Source of the DNA: a virus
Lineage: Duplodnaviria > Caudoviricetes
Direction: 5' to 3' (one strand)
IMG/VR virus record: IMGVR_UViG_3300005326_000034
Coordinates: 1 to 38,548 of that record
DNA length: 38,548 nt
The translations under genes were made by a program, and so were the position numbers. Shown in pieces: positions 7,605-16,680 of the stretch (position 1 is the stretch's first letter; every line of letters starts with the position of its first letter). The notes under the pieces are model-generated. The model saw only the letters and a program-made list of their open reading frames with translations. It ran no database searches and was not told where the DNA came from.

Positions 7605-9446
7605 GTGGCGAACAGCTACGGCGCCAACACATTCGTCATCGACACCGACGTCAACGTTGCAGGGCTCACTGCCCTCAAGGGGTCGGCTCCGACGACCGCC
7701 GACAACATCCTCGTGGTGGGCACGGCCACGCTCACGATCGACGCGAGTCTTGACTGCAAGCAGCTTGCCGCCGGGTACGGCGCGCTTAACGGCGCATCTC
7801 CGACGAACCTCGTATCACGCATCGTCGTCTCCGACGGGATCGTGCTAACGCAGCTCGACGGTGAGCGGTTCTACCTGGCATCGGATTGTCACCTGACAAT
7901 CAACGGCACCATGCGGTCGATCGGCACCGGCACGGGTGCGGCGGACCAGTCGTACGCACAGCTGCACGCCGACAACGACGCGGTTCAGGTCGGTGGAGAG
8001 TGGTGGACGTACGTACCCTCCCTCACCGGGTACTGCGTCACTTGTGGCGTCACGAATGCGAGCAACACCATCCAGGTGGCCTCCGATCCGCGTCTCACGG
8101 GCCTGGCTGTCGGCGATGCGATAGAGATCCGTGCGACCGCCGACGGGACACTCGTCGCCTCGCGAACCGTCATCTCGATGACAGCCACGACCATCGTGGT
8201 GGGTGGCGGTCTCACGACCACCGCGGCGCACGCTGTCTATCGCGTCATCGCCGCCGGCGACAGGGTCTACTCGACGGTCGGCGGGAACATCGTCTTTGGA
8301 GATGGCACCGCGAGCGCGTGGAACAACAACGGCGGCGCGATTCCCGCGCTCGGGGACAGCATCACCTCGCCCGGCGTTACCTGGAGATCGTCAGCGGCTA
8401 CGACGGGTATCTACTGGATGGACGTGAGTGGCCGCATCGCAGTGGCGGGGTGCTGCGTGTCACGGCATCGCCAGTCGTCGCTCATCGGGTATCACGTCTA
8501 CCGCTGCCAAGGTCCGACGTTCACCGATTGCGCGTTCGGCCGCAGCCCCAGCTACGGTTTCTCCGCCGGTACCGGATGTGACCTAGTCACACTCACGCGG
8601 TGCATCGCGTACGCGAACACGAATTACGGGTTCACGATCGTGTCCTGCTCACGGGTGCGACTTGAGGGCTGCGTCGGCCACTCCAATTCGAGCTATGGCT
8701 TCAGCGTCAGCTACGCACCGGACGTGGTCATCACGGATTGCCGCGGCTACGCGAACTACGCCCAAGGCCTGTTCCTGCAGAACCTGAACGAGGCGACCGT
8801 GCTCGGTGGGGCCTTCTACCGGAATCAGAGCTACGGCATCGGCGTCTCGACGGCGTGTACGGGCGTCCGGATACAGGGGACTCGCGCACTCGCGGCCGCC
8901 ACTCCCGTACTCGTCTACAACCGCAACAGCGGGGTGAACTACTCGCTGTATCGGACGGAGCTCGCCGGAGATGCGGGCACGCTCTATCTGCAGCACTCCA
9001 GCCTACTGCCGGAGTACCCGTCCTCGGACTTCTACATCCGGACCGGCTCAGCGACGGTGTTCCTCGCCGTCGACTCCTGGTACGTCACGCGACCGATGCA
9101 CACCCCGGGTCTCGTCGCGTGGGGTGCAGCGACCAATGGCATGTCTCTAGGTGGCGGTGCCTCAGTAACGACCGAGTACCGCGTGAGCCACGACTACGGT
9201 CGCACTTGGACGGCGTGGGCCGCGATCCCGGCTGTCATCGCGGACGCTCCCGACCTATACGGCGAGGTCATCCAGTTCCGCGCCAAGCGGACCAATGCCG
9301 CCGGTACCGACCCCGTGTGGGCGAGCATCGCGGTCGCCTGCACCTTCGATCCCAACTTCGTCCGCCCGGCCGCCTGGGACGGCGTCCATGACGTGCTCGC
9401 GGCCATGCGATCGCGCGTCGTCTACCAAGGAGGACCGCAGCAGTGA
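7605..9446 (+). CDS. Right-handed parallel beta-helix protein (putative head fibre/glycan-binding protein)
   Basis: Periodic repeats C.a..N..YGF (SPSYGFS, NTNYGFT, NSSYGFS, NYAQGLF, NQSYGIG) about every 22-23 aa. Confidence 0.8.
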   Translation: MANSYGANTFVIDTDVNVAGLTALKGSAPTTADNILVVGTATLTIDASLDCKQLAAGYGALNGASPTNLVSRIVVSDGIVLTQLDGERFYLASDCHLTINGTMRSIGTGTGAADQSYAQLHADNDAVQVGGEWWTYVPSLTGYCVTCGVTNASNTIQVASDPRLTGLAVGDAIEIRATADGTLVASRTVISMTATTIVVGGGLTTTAAHAVYRVIAAGDRVYSTVGGNIVFGDGTASAWNNNGGAIPALGDSITSPGVTWRSSAATTGIYWMDVSGRIAVAGCCVSRHRQSSLIGYHVYRCQGPTFTDCAFGRSPSYGFSAGTGCDLVTLTRCIAYANTNYGFTIVSCSRVRLEGCVGHSNSSYGFSVSYAPDVVITDCRGYANYAQGLFLQNLNEATVLGGAFYRNQSYGIGVSTACTGVRIQGTRALAAATPVLVYNRNSGVNYSLYRTELAGDAGTLYLQHSSLLPEYPSSDFYIRTGSATVFLAVDSWYVTRPMHTPGLVAWGAATNGMSLGGGASVTTEYRVSHDYGRTWTAWAAIPAVIADAPDLYGEVIQFRAKRTNAAGTDPVWASIAVACTFDPNFVRPAAWDGVHDVLAAMRSRVVYQGGPQQ

Positions 9447-10408
9447 TCGCTACCTACAAGCTCGTCGACGCGTCGAACGCTCCTGTGACCGGGGCGACGC
9501 CCGTCGTCACGGTCGATGGTGCCGCGGCGGCCGGCACGAACGAAGAGGTCGGCAGTGGGTGGTATCGCTACACGCTGGCGACCGCGGAAGAGGCCGCGAG
9601 CGTGGTCGTCGTCGCGACGGCGCCGCTGGCGATCGCGGTGGAGATCGTGGTCGACCAGTCATTCGACCCGGCCTCGGATGACGTCACGGTCGGAGGGTTT
9701 GCGGCCGGAGTCGCGTCCGCGCTTGCCGCGCTCATCGAAGCCGCGCTCGTCAACGAGACGGACGCCACCGCCATGATGCAGGCGATCGTCGACAAGTTCG
9801 CCGCGGCATACCCGGATCTCGACGACGTGACGCTCGCCGCCCTCGCGGCAGCCCTGCGCGCCGACATCGAGCGCGCCGGCGGTCTGCTCGATCTTACGAA
9901 GACCTCCGCCGACACAGCCAACCGCACTGCGCCCGACAACGCGAGCGCCCAGGCCGCCGCCGCGAGTGCGGCTAGCGCAGACGGCAAACTCTCGGCCGAG
10001 CGGCTCGCTGCGATCGACGGCGCGCTGCAGGACGAGGACTACGTCGCGCCGCCTTCCGCCCTGGACATAGACGCCCAACTCTCGGGGACTCATGGTCCCG
10101 GAGCGTGGACGACCACCCTCGGCACCGGCGCGATCGCGTGGCCGTATGACGTCTTGCTCGACTCGAACGGCGACGGCATCGCGGACGATCCTCCCGTCGG
10201 GATCGAGGGTGTGTTCGTGATCGTGACGACAGACGCGGCGGGCACCGTCCGCGTCGACGAGGGCTACACGAACTCCGCGGGCCGCGTGGTCTTCCACCTG
10301 GACAACCTCGGGCTCGACGGAGAAGGCGAGCCGCTCCCGCACTACTTCTGGCGACGCCACTCGCTCTTCCGCTTCCCGGACGACCCCGACACCGAGGTGG
10401 TGAGCTAG
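9443..10408 (+). CDS. Putative virion structural protein (Ig/prealbumin-like ends, Ala-rich helical middle)
   Basis: LVDASNAPVTGATPVV, EVGSGWYRY, GIEGVFV...TNSAGRVVFHL; overlapping start/stop with neighbours. Confidence 0.65.
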   Translation: MIATYKLVDASNAPVTGATPVVTVDGAAAAGTNEEVGSGWYRYTLATAEEAASVVVVATAPLAIAVEIVVDQSFDPASDDVTVGGFAAGVASALAALIEAALVNETDATAMMQAIVDKFAAAYPDLDDVTLAALAAALRADIERAGGLLDLTKTSADTANRTAPDNASAQAAAASAASADGKLSAERLAAIDGALQDEDYVAPPSALDIDAQLSGTHGPGAWTTTLGTGAIAWPYDVLLDSNGDGIADDPPVGIEGVFVIVTTDAAGTVRVDEGYTNSAGRVVFHLDNLGLDGEGEPLPHYFWRRHSLFRFPDDPDTEVVS

Positions 10409-11320
10409 ATGGGTGGCACAGGCATCCCCGTAGCGGCCGCGGCCGCGACCGACGTCAGCCGGACTCTCACGCGGATCGCGCGAGGAGAGACGCTCGCGCT
10501 CAGCTTCGTCCCGCTCGACGATGAGGGCGACACGCTCACGGTGACGTCTCCGACGCTCACGGTGCGCGACAGCGCCGGGGCGCTCATGGTGGCCGTCGTG
10601 CCGACCGTCGAGCTCGACGGCAGTCTCACGGCCGTACTCGCCGCCGGGAACGTGCCGCTGCTGGACACCTACTCGCTCGTGTGGGCCGGTGTCGTCGGTG
10701 GCGTCGCGTACTCGTGGCCCGCGTCGTACCTCGAGCTCGTGGGCGGTCACCCGTTCGCGATCCACCAGCTGCGTGCGCTCTCCAACAACTCACTCGCCGA
10801 CACGACCAAGTACCCGACCGCCACACTCAAGGAGTGCCGCGTCTCGGCCGAGCAGCGCCTCGAGCACCCGGAGGCCGCCAACGTGGCATTCGTGCCTCGA
10901 GGCCGACGCGCCACGCTCTACGGCGATGGGTCGACCACGCTCCCGCTGCCGACGCCCGCGCTCCGGAGCGTCTACTCGGCATCGATCGACGGGACCGCTC
11001 TCACGCCCACCGAGCTCGCCGAGCTCGTGTGCCACGAGGACGGGCGCGTGTACAGGGCCGAGGGGTGGCCGCGTGACGCCGCGATCGTGATCCACTGGGA
11101 GCACGGCTACGACATGCCCTCGGGCCCGGCCGCCAACGCGCTCATGCTCGTGGCGTCCGAGTACGCCAAGGCGAGCAACCTCGCATCGCGTGCGACCGGC
11201 GAGTCGACCGACATCGGCTTCATCCGCTACTCCATCGCGAGCCGCGGCGGCCGCACCGGTATCCCGGACGTCGACGCAGTGATCGCCGACGAGCGCCGTA
11301 ACCGTCCTGTGGTCGGGTGA
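10409..11320 (+). CDS. Head-to-tail adaptor with N-terminal extension
   Basis: C-terminal half AEQRLE...FVPR, LPLP..LRSVYS, WEHGY..P, TGIPDVDAVI typical of actinophage adaptors. Confidence 0.7.
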   Translation: MGGTGIPVAAAAATDVSRTLTRIARGETLALSFVPLDDEGDTLTVTSPTLTVRDSAGALMVAVVPTVELDGSLTAVLAAGNVPLLDTYSLVWAGVVGGVAYSWPASYLELVGGHPFAIHQLRALSNNSLADTTKYPTATLKECRVSAEQRLEHPEAANVAFVPRGRRATLYGDGSTTLPLPTPALRSVYSASIDGTALTPTELAELVCHEDGRVYRAEGWPRDAAIVIHWEHGYDMPSGPAANALMLVASEYAKASNLASRATGESTDIGFIRYSIASRGGRTGIPDVDAVIADERRNRPVVG

Positions 11321-11324
11321 GGAC

Positions 11325-11765
11325 ATGGCCGACCGGCTGACCAAGATCAGAGAGCTGCACACGGCCCTCCTGGCGGCGATCGTGGCGCAGGCGCCCGCAG
11401 GCACAGCCATCAGCGACGGGTGGCCCGCGGGCGCTCCGCAAGACGCGCAGCTATGGCTCGCCGGTGACGTCGAGGTCGCCGAGATCGAGTACGAGGTGAC
11501 CGGCCTGCTCCAGCACGTCGAGCAGCTCGTCGTCGAGGCGAGGATCGTCTACCGCACCGCTACCGATACGCACGACGACGTCGCCGCCGGCGCGATGGCC
11601 CTCTCGGGCTACGTCGAGGCCGCCGTGCACAACGACCCCACGCTCGGCGGGGCGTGCCGCTTCGCACGGATCGCGAAGATCTCCGGCAAAGAGGCGGTCC
11701 CGGACGACAAGACGCGCGAGATGGGGCTCACGGTCACCGTCGTCGCTGAGTGCGTCGTCACCTAA
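11325..11765 (+). CDS. Tail terminator/completion protein
   Basis: VEAAVHNDPTLGG motif; position before tail tube. Confidence 0.65.
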   Translation: MADRLTKIRELHTALLAAIVAQAPAGTAISDGWPAGAPQDAQLWLAGDVEVAEIEYEVTGLLQHVEQLVVEARIVYRTATDTHDDVAAGAMALSGYVEAAVHNDPTLGGACRFARIAKISGKEAVPDDKTREMGLTVTVVAECVVT

Positions 11766-11774
11766 GAGCAGCAC

Positions 11775-11801
11775 GGGAGACACGGAAGCGAGGATGAGGT
11801 C
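11775..11801 (+). promoter_or_regulatory. GAGACAC-box promoter, possibly leaderless, for small gene plus tail tube
   Basis: GGGAGACAC-ggaagc-GAGGAT-6 nt-ATG(11802). Confidence 0.7.
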
Positions 11802-12017
11802 ATGGGCAAGCAGACGTACCACATCGAAGAGCCACTGCACGGAGAGATGCGGCTTCCACGGCGCGTGATCTCCTACGCGTTCGAGCCCGGCGACGTCACG
11901 CCTTCGGGCGATGACGCCATCGCGCTCAAGCGCCTCGAGGCCCAGGGCATCGTCAAGCGCGCCCCCAAGAAGGTCGACAAGCCGGCGACGCCGCCGGCCG
12001 CCGAGCAGGAGGGATAG
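11802..12017 (+). CDS. Small hypothetical protein preceding tail tube
   Basis: ORF fills the gap; ends in the RBS for the next gene. Confidence 0.7.
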   Translation: MGKQTYHIEEPLHGEMRLPRRVISYAFEPGDVTPSGDDAIALKRLEAQGIVKRAPKKVDKPATPPAAEQEG

Positions 12018-12020
12018 ACC

Positions 12021-12995
12021 ATGACCCCGCTGCAGACCGCACTGGGACTCGTCGGCTACTGCAAGCAGGCCGACAAGGCCACGCCTGCCGCCAACCCCGC
12101 GTTCGCTCACGGCGTGTCGGCCGGCCCGATCATCCTCACGGACATCGAACAGGCCCAGCGCGAGGTGACAGGCGAGCAGCGCATCGCGCACGCCGCCGAT
12201 CGCACCGGAGCGCCTTCCGGGGCTGACTTCTCGTGCCCCGCCTACCCGAAGTCGATCGGCGCGCTCCTGCACGCGGTCTTCGGGGACATCTCGACCTCAG
12301 GCGCAGGCCCGTACGTCCACGTCTTCGCCCCGGGCGCATCGCTCCCGTACTACACCTTCTGGCGGAGCTTCCTCTCCGAGATCACACGGCTTGCCGGTTC
12401 CAAGGTCGACGAGCTCACGCTGAAGTGGACAGGCCCCAAGCCGATCGAGGTCTCAGTCAACGGGCCCGGCTGCTCCTGGGCCAAAGACGGCGCGCTCACG
12501 TTCGTCCCTGTCGTCGATGACTCCCTGACCGAGCTCGTGCTCACGCCGGTCGGCGGATCCATGAAGGTCGACGTCGTCGGCGCGGCCCCGGCGACCCTGG
12601 TCGTGACCGCCGGCGAGGTCAAGTTCTCCAACGGTAGCGAGATCATCCCGGACTCGACCACGATCGAGAACGGCGACGTCGCCGAGGGTCTCATAGAGGC
12701 GGCCTTCTCTCTCACCTGTGTGCCGGAGGACCTGGAGATGTGGCAGGCCTCTGTCACCGGTGCCGTCGACGGCACCGCGATCGACACCGACGTGCTCTAC
12801 GGCTCGCTCGAGCTCAACTTCATCGCAGGCACGGACACGCTGAAGGTCGAGGCCGTCAGGGTGCCGTTCGTCATCGCGCATCCGGATCTCGACCCGAAGA
12901 ACGGCGCGGGCAAGCTCGAGCTCGCCGGCATCGCGTACTTCGATGGGACCGACTCCGTGGCCGTGACCCTCACGAACACCCAGGCGACCTACTAG
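12021..12995 (+). CDS. Major tail tube protein
   Basis: GPYVHVFAPGASLPYYTF, GSKVDELTLKW, C-terminal VAVTLTNTQATY. Confidence 0.88.
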   Translation: MTPLQTALGLVGYCKQADKATPAANPAFAHGVSAGPIILTDIEQAQREVTGEQRIAHAADRTGAPSGADFSCPAYPKSIGALLHAVFGDISTSGAGPYVHVFAPGASLPYYTFWRSFLSEITRLAGSKVDELTLKWTGPKPIEVSVNGPGCSWAKDGALTFVPVVDDSLTELVLTPVGGSMKVDVVGAAPATLVVTAGEVKFSNGSEIIPDSTTIENGDVAEGLIEAAFSLTCVPEDLEMWQASVTGAVDGTAIDTDVLYGSLELNFIAGTDTLKVEAVRVPFVIAHPDLDPKNGAGKLELAGIAYFDGTDSVAVTLTNTQATY

Positions 12996-13039
12996 GCCGC
13001 CTGACCAGATCAGCCGGGGACCGAGAGAAAGGGACTGTG

Positions 13040-13375
13040 ATGGGCGCAAAGAGCATCATGCATCTCCGTGTGGGGTACTACGACGAGGCGCGCGAGCCTG
13101 ACGACGTCATCGTCGGGCAGTTCGAGTACCTGGTCACGCAGCGCAAGCTCAACAAGAGCTTCCGCCAGGCCGTGCTCGAAGGCGACGTCGAGTACATGTC
13201 GTATCTCGCCTACTCGGCCGCCCGGCGCATGAAGATCATCACCCCCGACACGTCCTTCGACGCCTGGATGGCCAACGTCGCCTCCATCGTCGACGCCGAG
13301 GACGAGGACACGACCCCGGAGGCCGAGCCCGCCGTGGACGGGGCCGAGGGGGAATCTCCGACGTCGCCCGCCTGA
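13040..13375 (+). CDS. Tail assembly chaperone (gpG-like)
   Basis: Follows tail tube; RBS gaaaggga; acidic C-terminus; slippery GGGGGAA near end. Confidence 0.8.
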   Translation: MGAKSIMHLRVGYYDEAREPDDVIVGQFEYLVTQRKLNKSFRQAVLEGDVEYMSYLAYSAARRMKIITPDTSFDAWMANVASIVDAEDEDTTPEAEPAVDGAEGESPTSPA

Positions 13376-13533
13376 TCGCACGGGCGGCGTTGCGTGCAGG
13401 CTTCGGCCTGGACTTCGAGAGCTGCGATCCGGAGATCTTCGAGGCCGTACTTGACGAGCTTCGAGAGAGAGACCTGCACGCGGCTCGCGAGAACGCGTTC
13501 GCGAGATTGAGGAGTAGACGCCGAGGGAGGTAG
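13348..13533 (+). CDS. -1 frameshift extension of tail chaperone (gpGT-like)
   Basis: G GGG GAA at 13348-13354; -1 frame is open to TAG 13533 (GISDVARLIARAALRAGFGLDFESCDPEIFEAVLDEL...). Confidence 0.8.
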   Translation, partial: GGISDVARLIARAALRAGFGLDFESCDPEIFEAVLDELRERDLHAARENAFARLRSRRRGR

Positions 13534-13537
13534 GGCC

Positions 13538-14077
13538 ATGACGTCGCGGATCGTCACAGCACCAGGCCGCGGCGCCCAGATCAAGGTCCTCGGTCTGAAA
13601 GAGATCACCTACGCGCTCCGCTCCGCCGCCCCGGATCTGTTCAAGACCATGGACGGCATCATCCGCAACGCCGCCAAGACGGTCGCAGGTGCCGCGTCCG
13701 CGCGCATCAACCAGCGATCAGGCGCGTCCGCCAAAGGCTACAAGGTCCGCCGGGGCGGGTCCAAGACGACCCGCTTCGGCTACCGCGTCGTCAACACAGA
13801 GCTCGGCGCCGTCTTCACCGAGATCGCGGGGTCCGCATCATCCGGAAACCCGGGCATGGTCAAGGTGACGAAAGGCCCTCAGGCCGGCACGATGCGCCAA
13901 AGCTCGGGCCCGCAGCTGATCCGCACGCTCGACGCGGAGTACGGCCGCCCCGGCCGCGTGATGTGGGCCTCATGGGAAGAGCTCGAGGGTTGGGTCAATG
14001 AGCAGGTCGACCGCGCCGTCGTAGACGCCGAGCGCCAGATGCAGGAACGCTTCGACGCAGCACCGTCGGGGGTGTGA
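13538..14077 (+). CDS. HK97 gp10-like tail component
   Basis: IKVLGLKEITYALR...NAAKTVAGAASAR...RSG, RPGRVMWASWEE. Confidence 0.6.
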   Translation: MTSRIVTAPGRGAQIKVLGLKEITYALRSAAPDLFKTMDGIIRNAAKTVAGAASARINQRSGASAKGYKVRRGGSKTTRFGYRVVNTELGAVFTEIAGSASSGNPGMVKVTKGPQAGTMRQSSGPQLIRTLDAEYGRPGRVMWASWEELEGWVNEQVDRAVVDAERQMQERFDAAPSGV

Positions 14078-14078
14078 C

Positions 14079-16679
14079 GTGGCTGTCGTACTCTCCGTAG
14101 TCGGCAACGTCGACCTCAAGCAGCTCCAGGCGGCCGAGACCGCACTCGGTAAACTCGTCACGTCGGCCGAGCGCCATGCGAACGGGACCTGGGCCAAGGC
14201 GTTCGACACGATGGGCAACAAGGCCATCGCGCTCGGCAAGAAGATGGAGTCGACCGGGCGCAGCCTGACGATGGGGGTGACACTCCCGCTCGTCGGCCTG
14301 GGCGCGTTCGCGTTCAAGAGCGCGGCTGACTTCGAGACGGCCATGAACCAGGTGCAGGCCGCGACCGACGCGCCTGCCGACAAGATGGCCGAGCTCACCG
14401 CGCTCGCCAAGAAGATGGGCGCGGACACGATCTTCTCCGCCGGCGAGGCCGCCGACGCGATGCTCGAGCTCGCAAAGGCGGGCATGGACCCGGCAGCGAT
14501 CTCCGCTGGAGGACTCGACGCCGCGCTCAAGCTCGCGGCGGCAGGCAACGTCTCGCTCGAGTCCGCGGCCACGACCGCCGCCAACGCGCTCAACACGTTC
14601 GGCCTGGGTGCCGACAAGGCGAACGACGTCGCCAACGCACTCGCCGGCGGGGCCAACGCCTCGAGTGCGAGCGTCGACAGCCTGCAGCAGGCGCTCGCGC
14701 AGGTGGGCCCGGGCGCGAAGAACGCCGGGCTCGACTTGCAGCGCACGGTCGCGGTCCTCGCCGCGTTCGCCGACAAGGGGATCCAGGGATCCGACGCCGG
14801 CACATCGCTCAAGACGATGCTCTCTCGCCTCGTGCCACAGACCGACGAGGCCGCCGACGCGATGGAGCGGTACGGCCTGTCCTTCGTCGACGGCGCCGGG
14901 AACATCGATGACATCACCGTCGTCGCGAGCAAGCTGCAGCAACGCCTGGGCGGCCTCTCCGAGGCCCAGCGTATGCAGGCCCTACAGACGATCTTCGGCT
15001 CGGACGCCACGCGCGCCGCCACTGTGCTCATGCAAGAGGGCGCGACCGGGATTGAGAAGTACATCGCGGCCACGAACGACCAGAACGCTGCGCAGGCCAT
15101 GGCTGACGCCCGCATGAAGGGCTGGGCCGGGTCCATGGAGCAGATGCGCGGATCCGCGGAGACCGCCTCGATCGCGCTCGGCGAGGCGCTCGCCCCGGCC
15201 GTGACCGAAGTCGCCGGCGGGATCAAAGAGCTCGCGGACCGGTTCGCGCAGCTAGACCCGGAGCAGCAAGAGGCGATCGCCAAGGCGCTCGTCTTCGCGG
15301 CTGCGATCGGACCCGTGCTCATCGGCGTCGGTAAGCTCTCACAAGGCCTCGGCGCGGTCTTCAAGGTCGCGAGCACCGCGACTACCGGCATCAAGCACTT
15401 CACCGACGGACTCAGGGGCGCCGAGACCGCGTCAAAGACCCTGTCGGGCAAGGCGGGCACGCTCGCCGGATCACTCAAGGGTCTCGACGGGGCGAGCTTC
15501 GGCGCCACGCTCGGACTGGCGGGCCTGTCGTTCGGCGTCGGTATGGTCGCCGGCGAGTTCATCTCCAGCCTGCCTGCCGTGGAGAAGTGGCGCGACACGA
15601 TGGTCTCAGCCGTCGCCGACGCCGAGGACGCAGGCAAGAACGTCGACGTGAACGGCTGGCTCAACCCGATCTCCTGGGCCTACTCGAAGGTCGCCGAAGG
15701 CGCGTACAAGGCCGCCGGTGCCGGTAAGGCGAACGCCGAGGTTACGGCCGAGTCGGCCGCGATGTACAAGGAGCTCGGTATCGAGCTCGACAAGAACGGC
15801 GCCGTCACCGAGCGCGGCATCCAGCAGCTCAAAGAGCACAACGCCTCACTCGGCGCGGACACCGCGAGCGCCCAGGGCCTCGCCTTCGCCACGCGTGACC
15901 TCGCGCTCGCGCAGCAGGTCGCCCAGGGCGCCACCATGGCGTCGAACTCGGCCGAGCTCACGATGCTGCAGACCAAGCAAGCCGTGAAGGCTGCGACCGA
16001 GAACCTCACGTCCGCTATCAAGCTCCACGGCAAGGGCTCCGACGAGGCCCGCATCGCGCAGCTGCAGCTCACCCAGGCGCAGGAGAACGCCACCACGGCG
16101 GCCGCTGACTATAAAGTCAAGGTCGACGCAGCGAAGAAGGCCGAGGCTGAGCTCGCCCGGCAGAAGGATCTCGACGACAAGCTCAAGAAGATCGAGGCGG
16201 AGTGGCGCAAAGCAGGCGAGGCGGCGGACGTCTACCGGTCCAAGGCCCAGCGCGCGCTCGCGATCGACGTCCAGGACAGCGGGCACTCGACGTCGGGCCC
16301 GCAGGAGAAGGCCCGCGGCGGGTTCAACCCCGGCGTGGCCGAGCGCATCATCTGGGGCGAGGACGGCCCCGAGGTCATCATCCCGCTCTCCGCCAAGTAC
16401 CGTGCCGAGGCGCTGCAGCTCATGCCTCGCGTGTTCGCGTCCCTCGGACTCAACAACCGCTCGGCTGCGCAGAACTTCGCCGCGACCGCACCGGCGAGCG
16501 CGTCGATCGCGCCGGCGCACGGAGGCGGCGCATCGTCCGGCGGCGGCATCACGATCTCGGCCGGCGCCTTCCAGGTGCAGATCGTACTTGGCGATGGATC
16601 CGGCGACGCCCGCACGCAGGCCTACGACGGCGTGCACGCAGCCTGGCGCGAGATCAAGCAAGAGCTGGAGGCACTGTAA
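14079..16679 (+). CDS. Tape measure protein (TP901-core type)
   Basis: LTMGVTLPLVG, DFETAMNQV, FSAGEAADAMLELAKAG, GIQGSDAGTSLKTML; C-terminal ARGG...GEDGPEVIIPL. Confidence 0.95.
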   Translation: MAVVLSVVGNVDLKQLQAAETALGKLVTSAERHANGTWAKAFDTMGNKAIALGKKMESTGRSLTMGVTLPLVGLGAFAFKSAADFETAMNQVQAATDAPADKMAELTALAKKMGADTIFSAGEAADAMLELAKAGMDPAAISAGGLDAALKLAAAGNVSLESAATTAANALNTFGLGADKANDVANALAGGANASSASVDSLQQALAQVGPGAKNAGLDLQRTVAVLAAFADKGIQGSDAGTSLKTMLSRLVPQTDEAADAMERYGLSFVDGAGNIDDITVVASKLQQRLGGLSEAQRMQALQTIFGSDATRAATVLMQEGATGIEKYIAATNDQNAAQAMADARMKGWAGSMEQMRGSAETASIALGEALAPAVTEVAGGIKELADRFAQLDPEQQEAIAKALVFAAAIGPVLIGVGKLSQGLGAVFKVASTATTGIKHFTDGLRGAETASKTLSGKAGTLAGSLKGLDGASFGATLGLAGLSFGVGMVAGEFISSLPAVEKWRDTMVSAVADAEDAGKNVDVNGWLNPISWAYSKVAEGAYKAAGAGKANAEVTAESAAMYKELGIELDKNGAVTERGIQQLKEHNASLGADTASAQGLAFATRDLALAQQVAQGATMASNSAELTMLQTKQAVKAATENLTSAIKLHGKGSDEARIAQLQLTQAQENATTAAADYKVKVDAAKKAEAELARQKDLDDKLKKIEAEWRKAGEAADVYRSKAQRALAIDVQDSGHSTSGPQEKARGGFNPGVAERIIWGEDGPEVIIPLSAKYRAEALQLMPRVFASLGLNNRSAAQNFAATAPASASIAPAHGGGASSGGGITISAGAFQVQIVLGDGSGDARTQAYDGVHAAWREIKQELEAL

Positions 16680-16680
16680 G

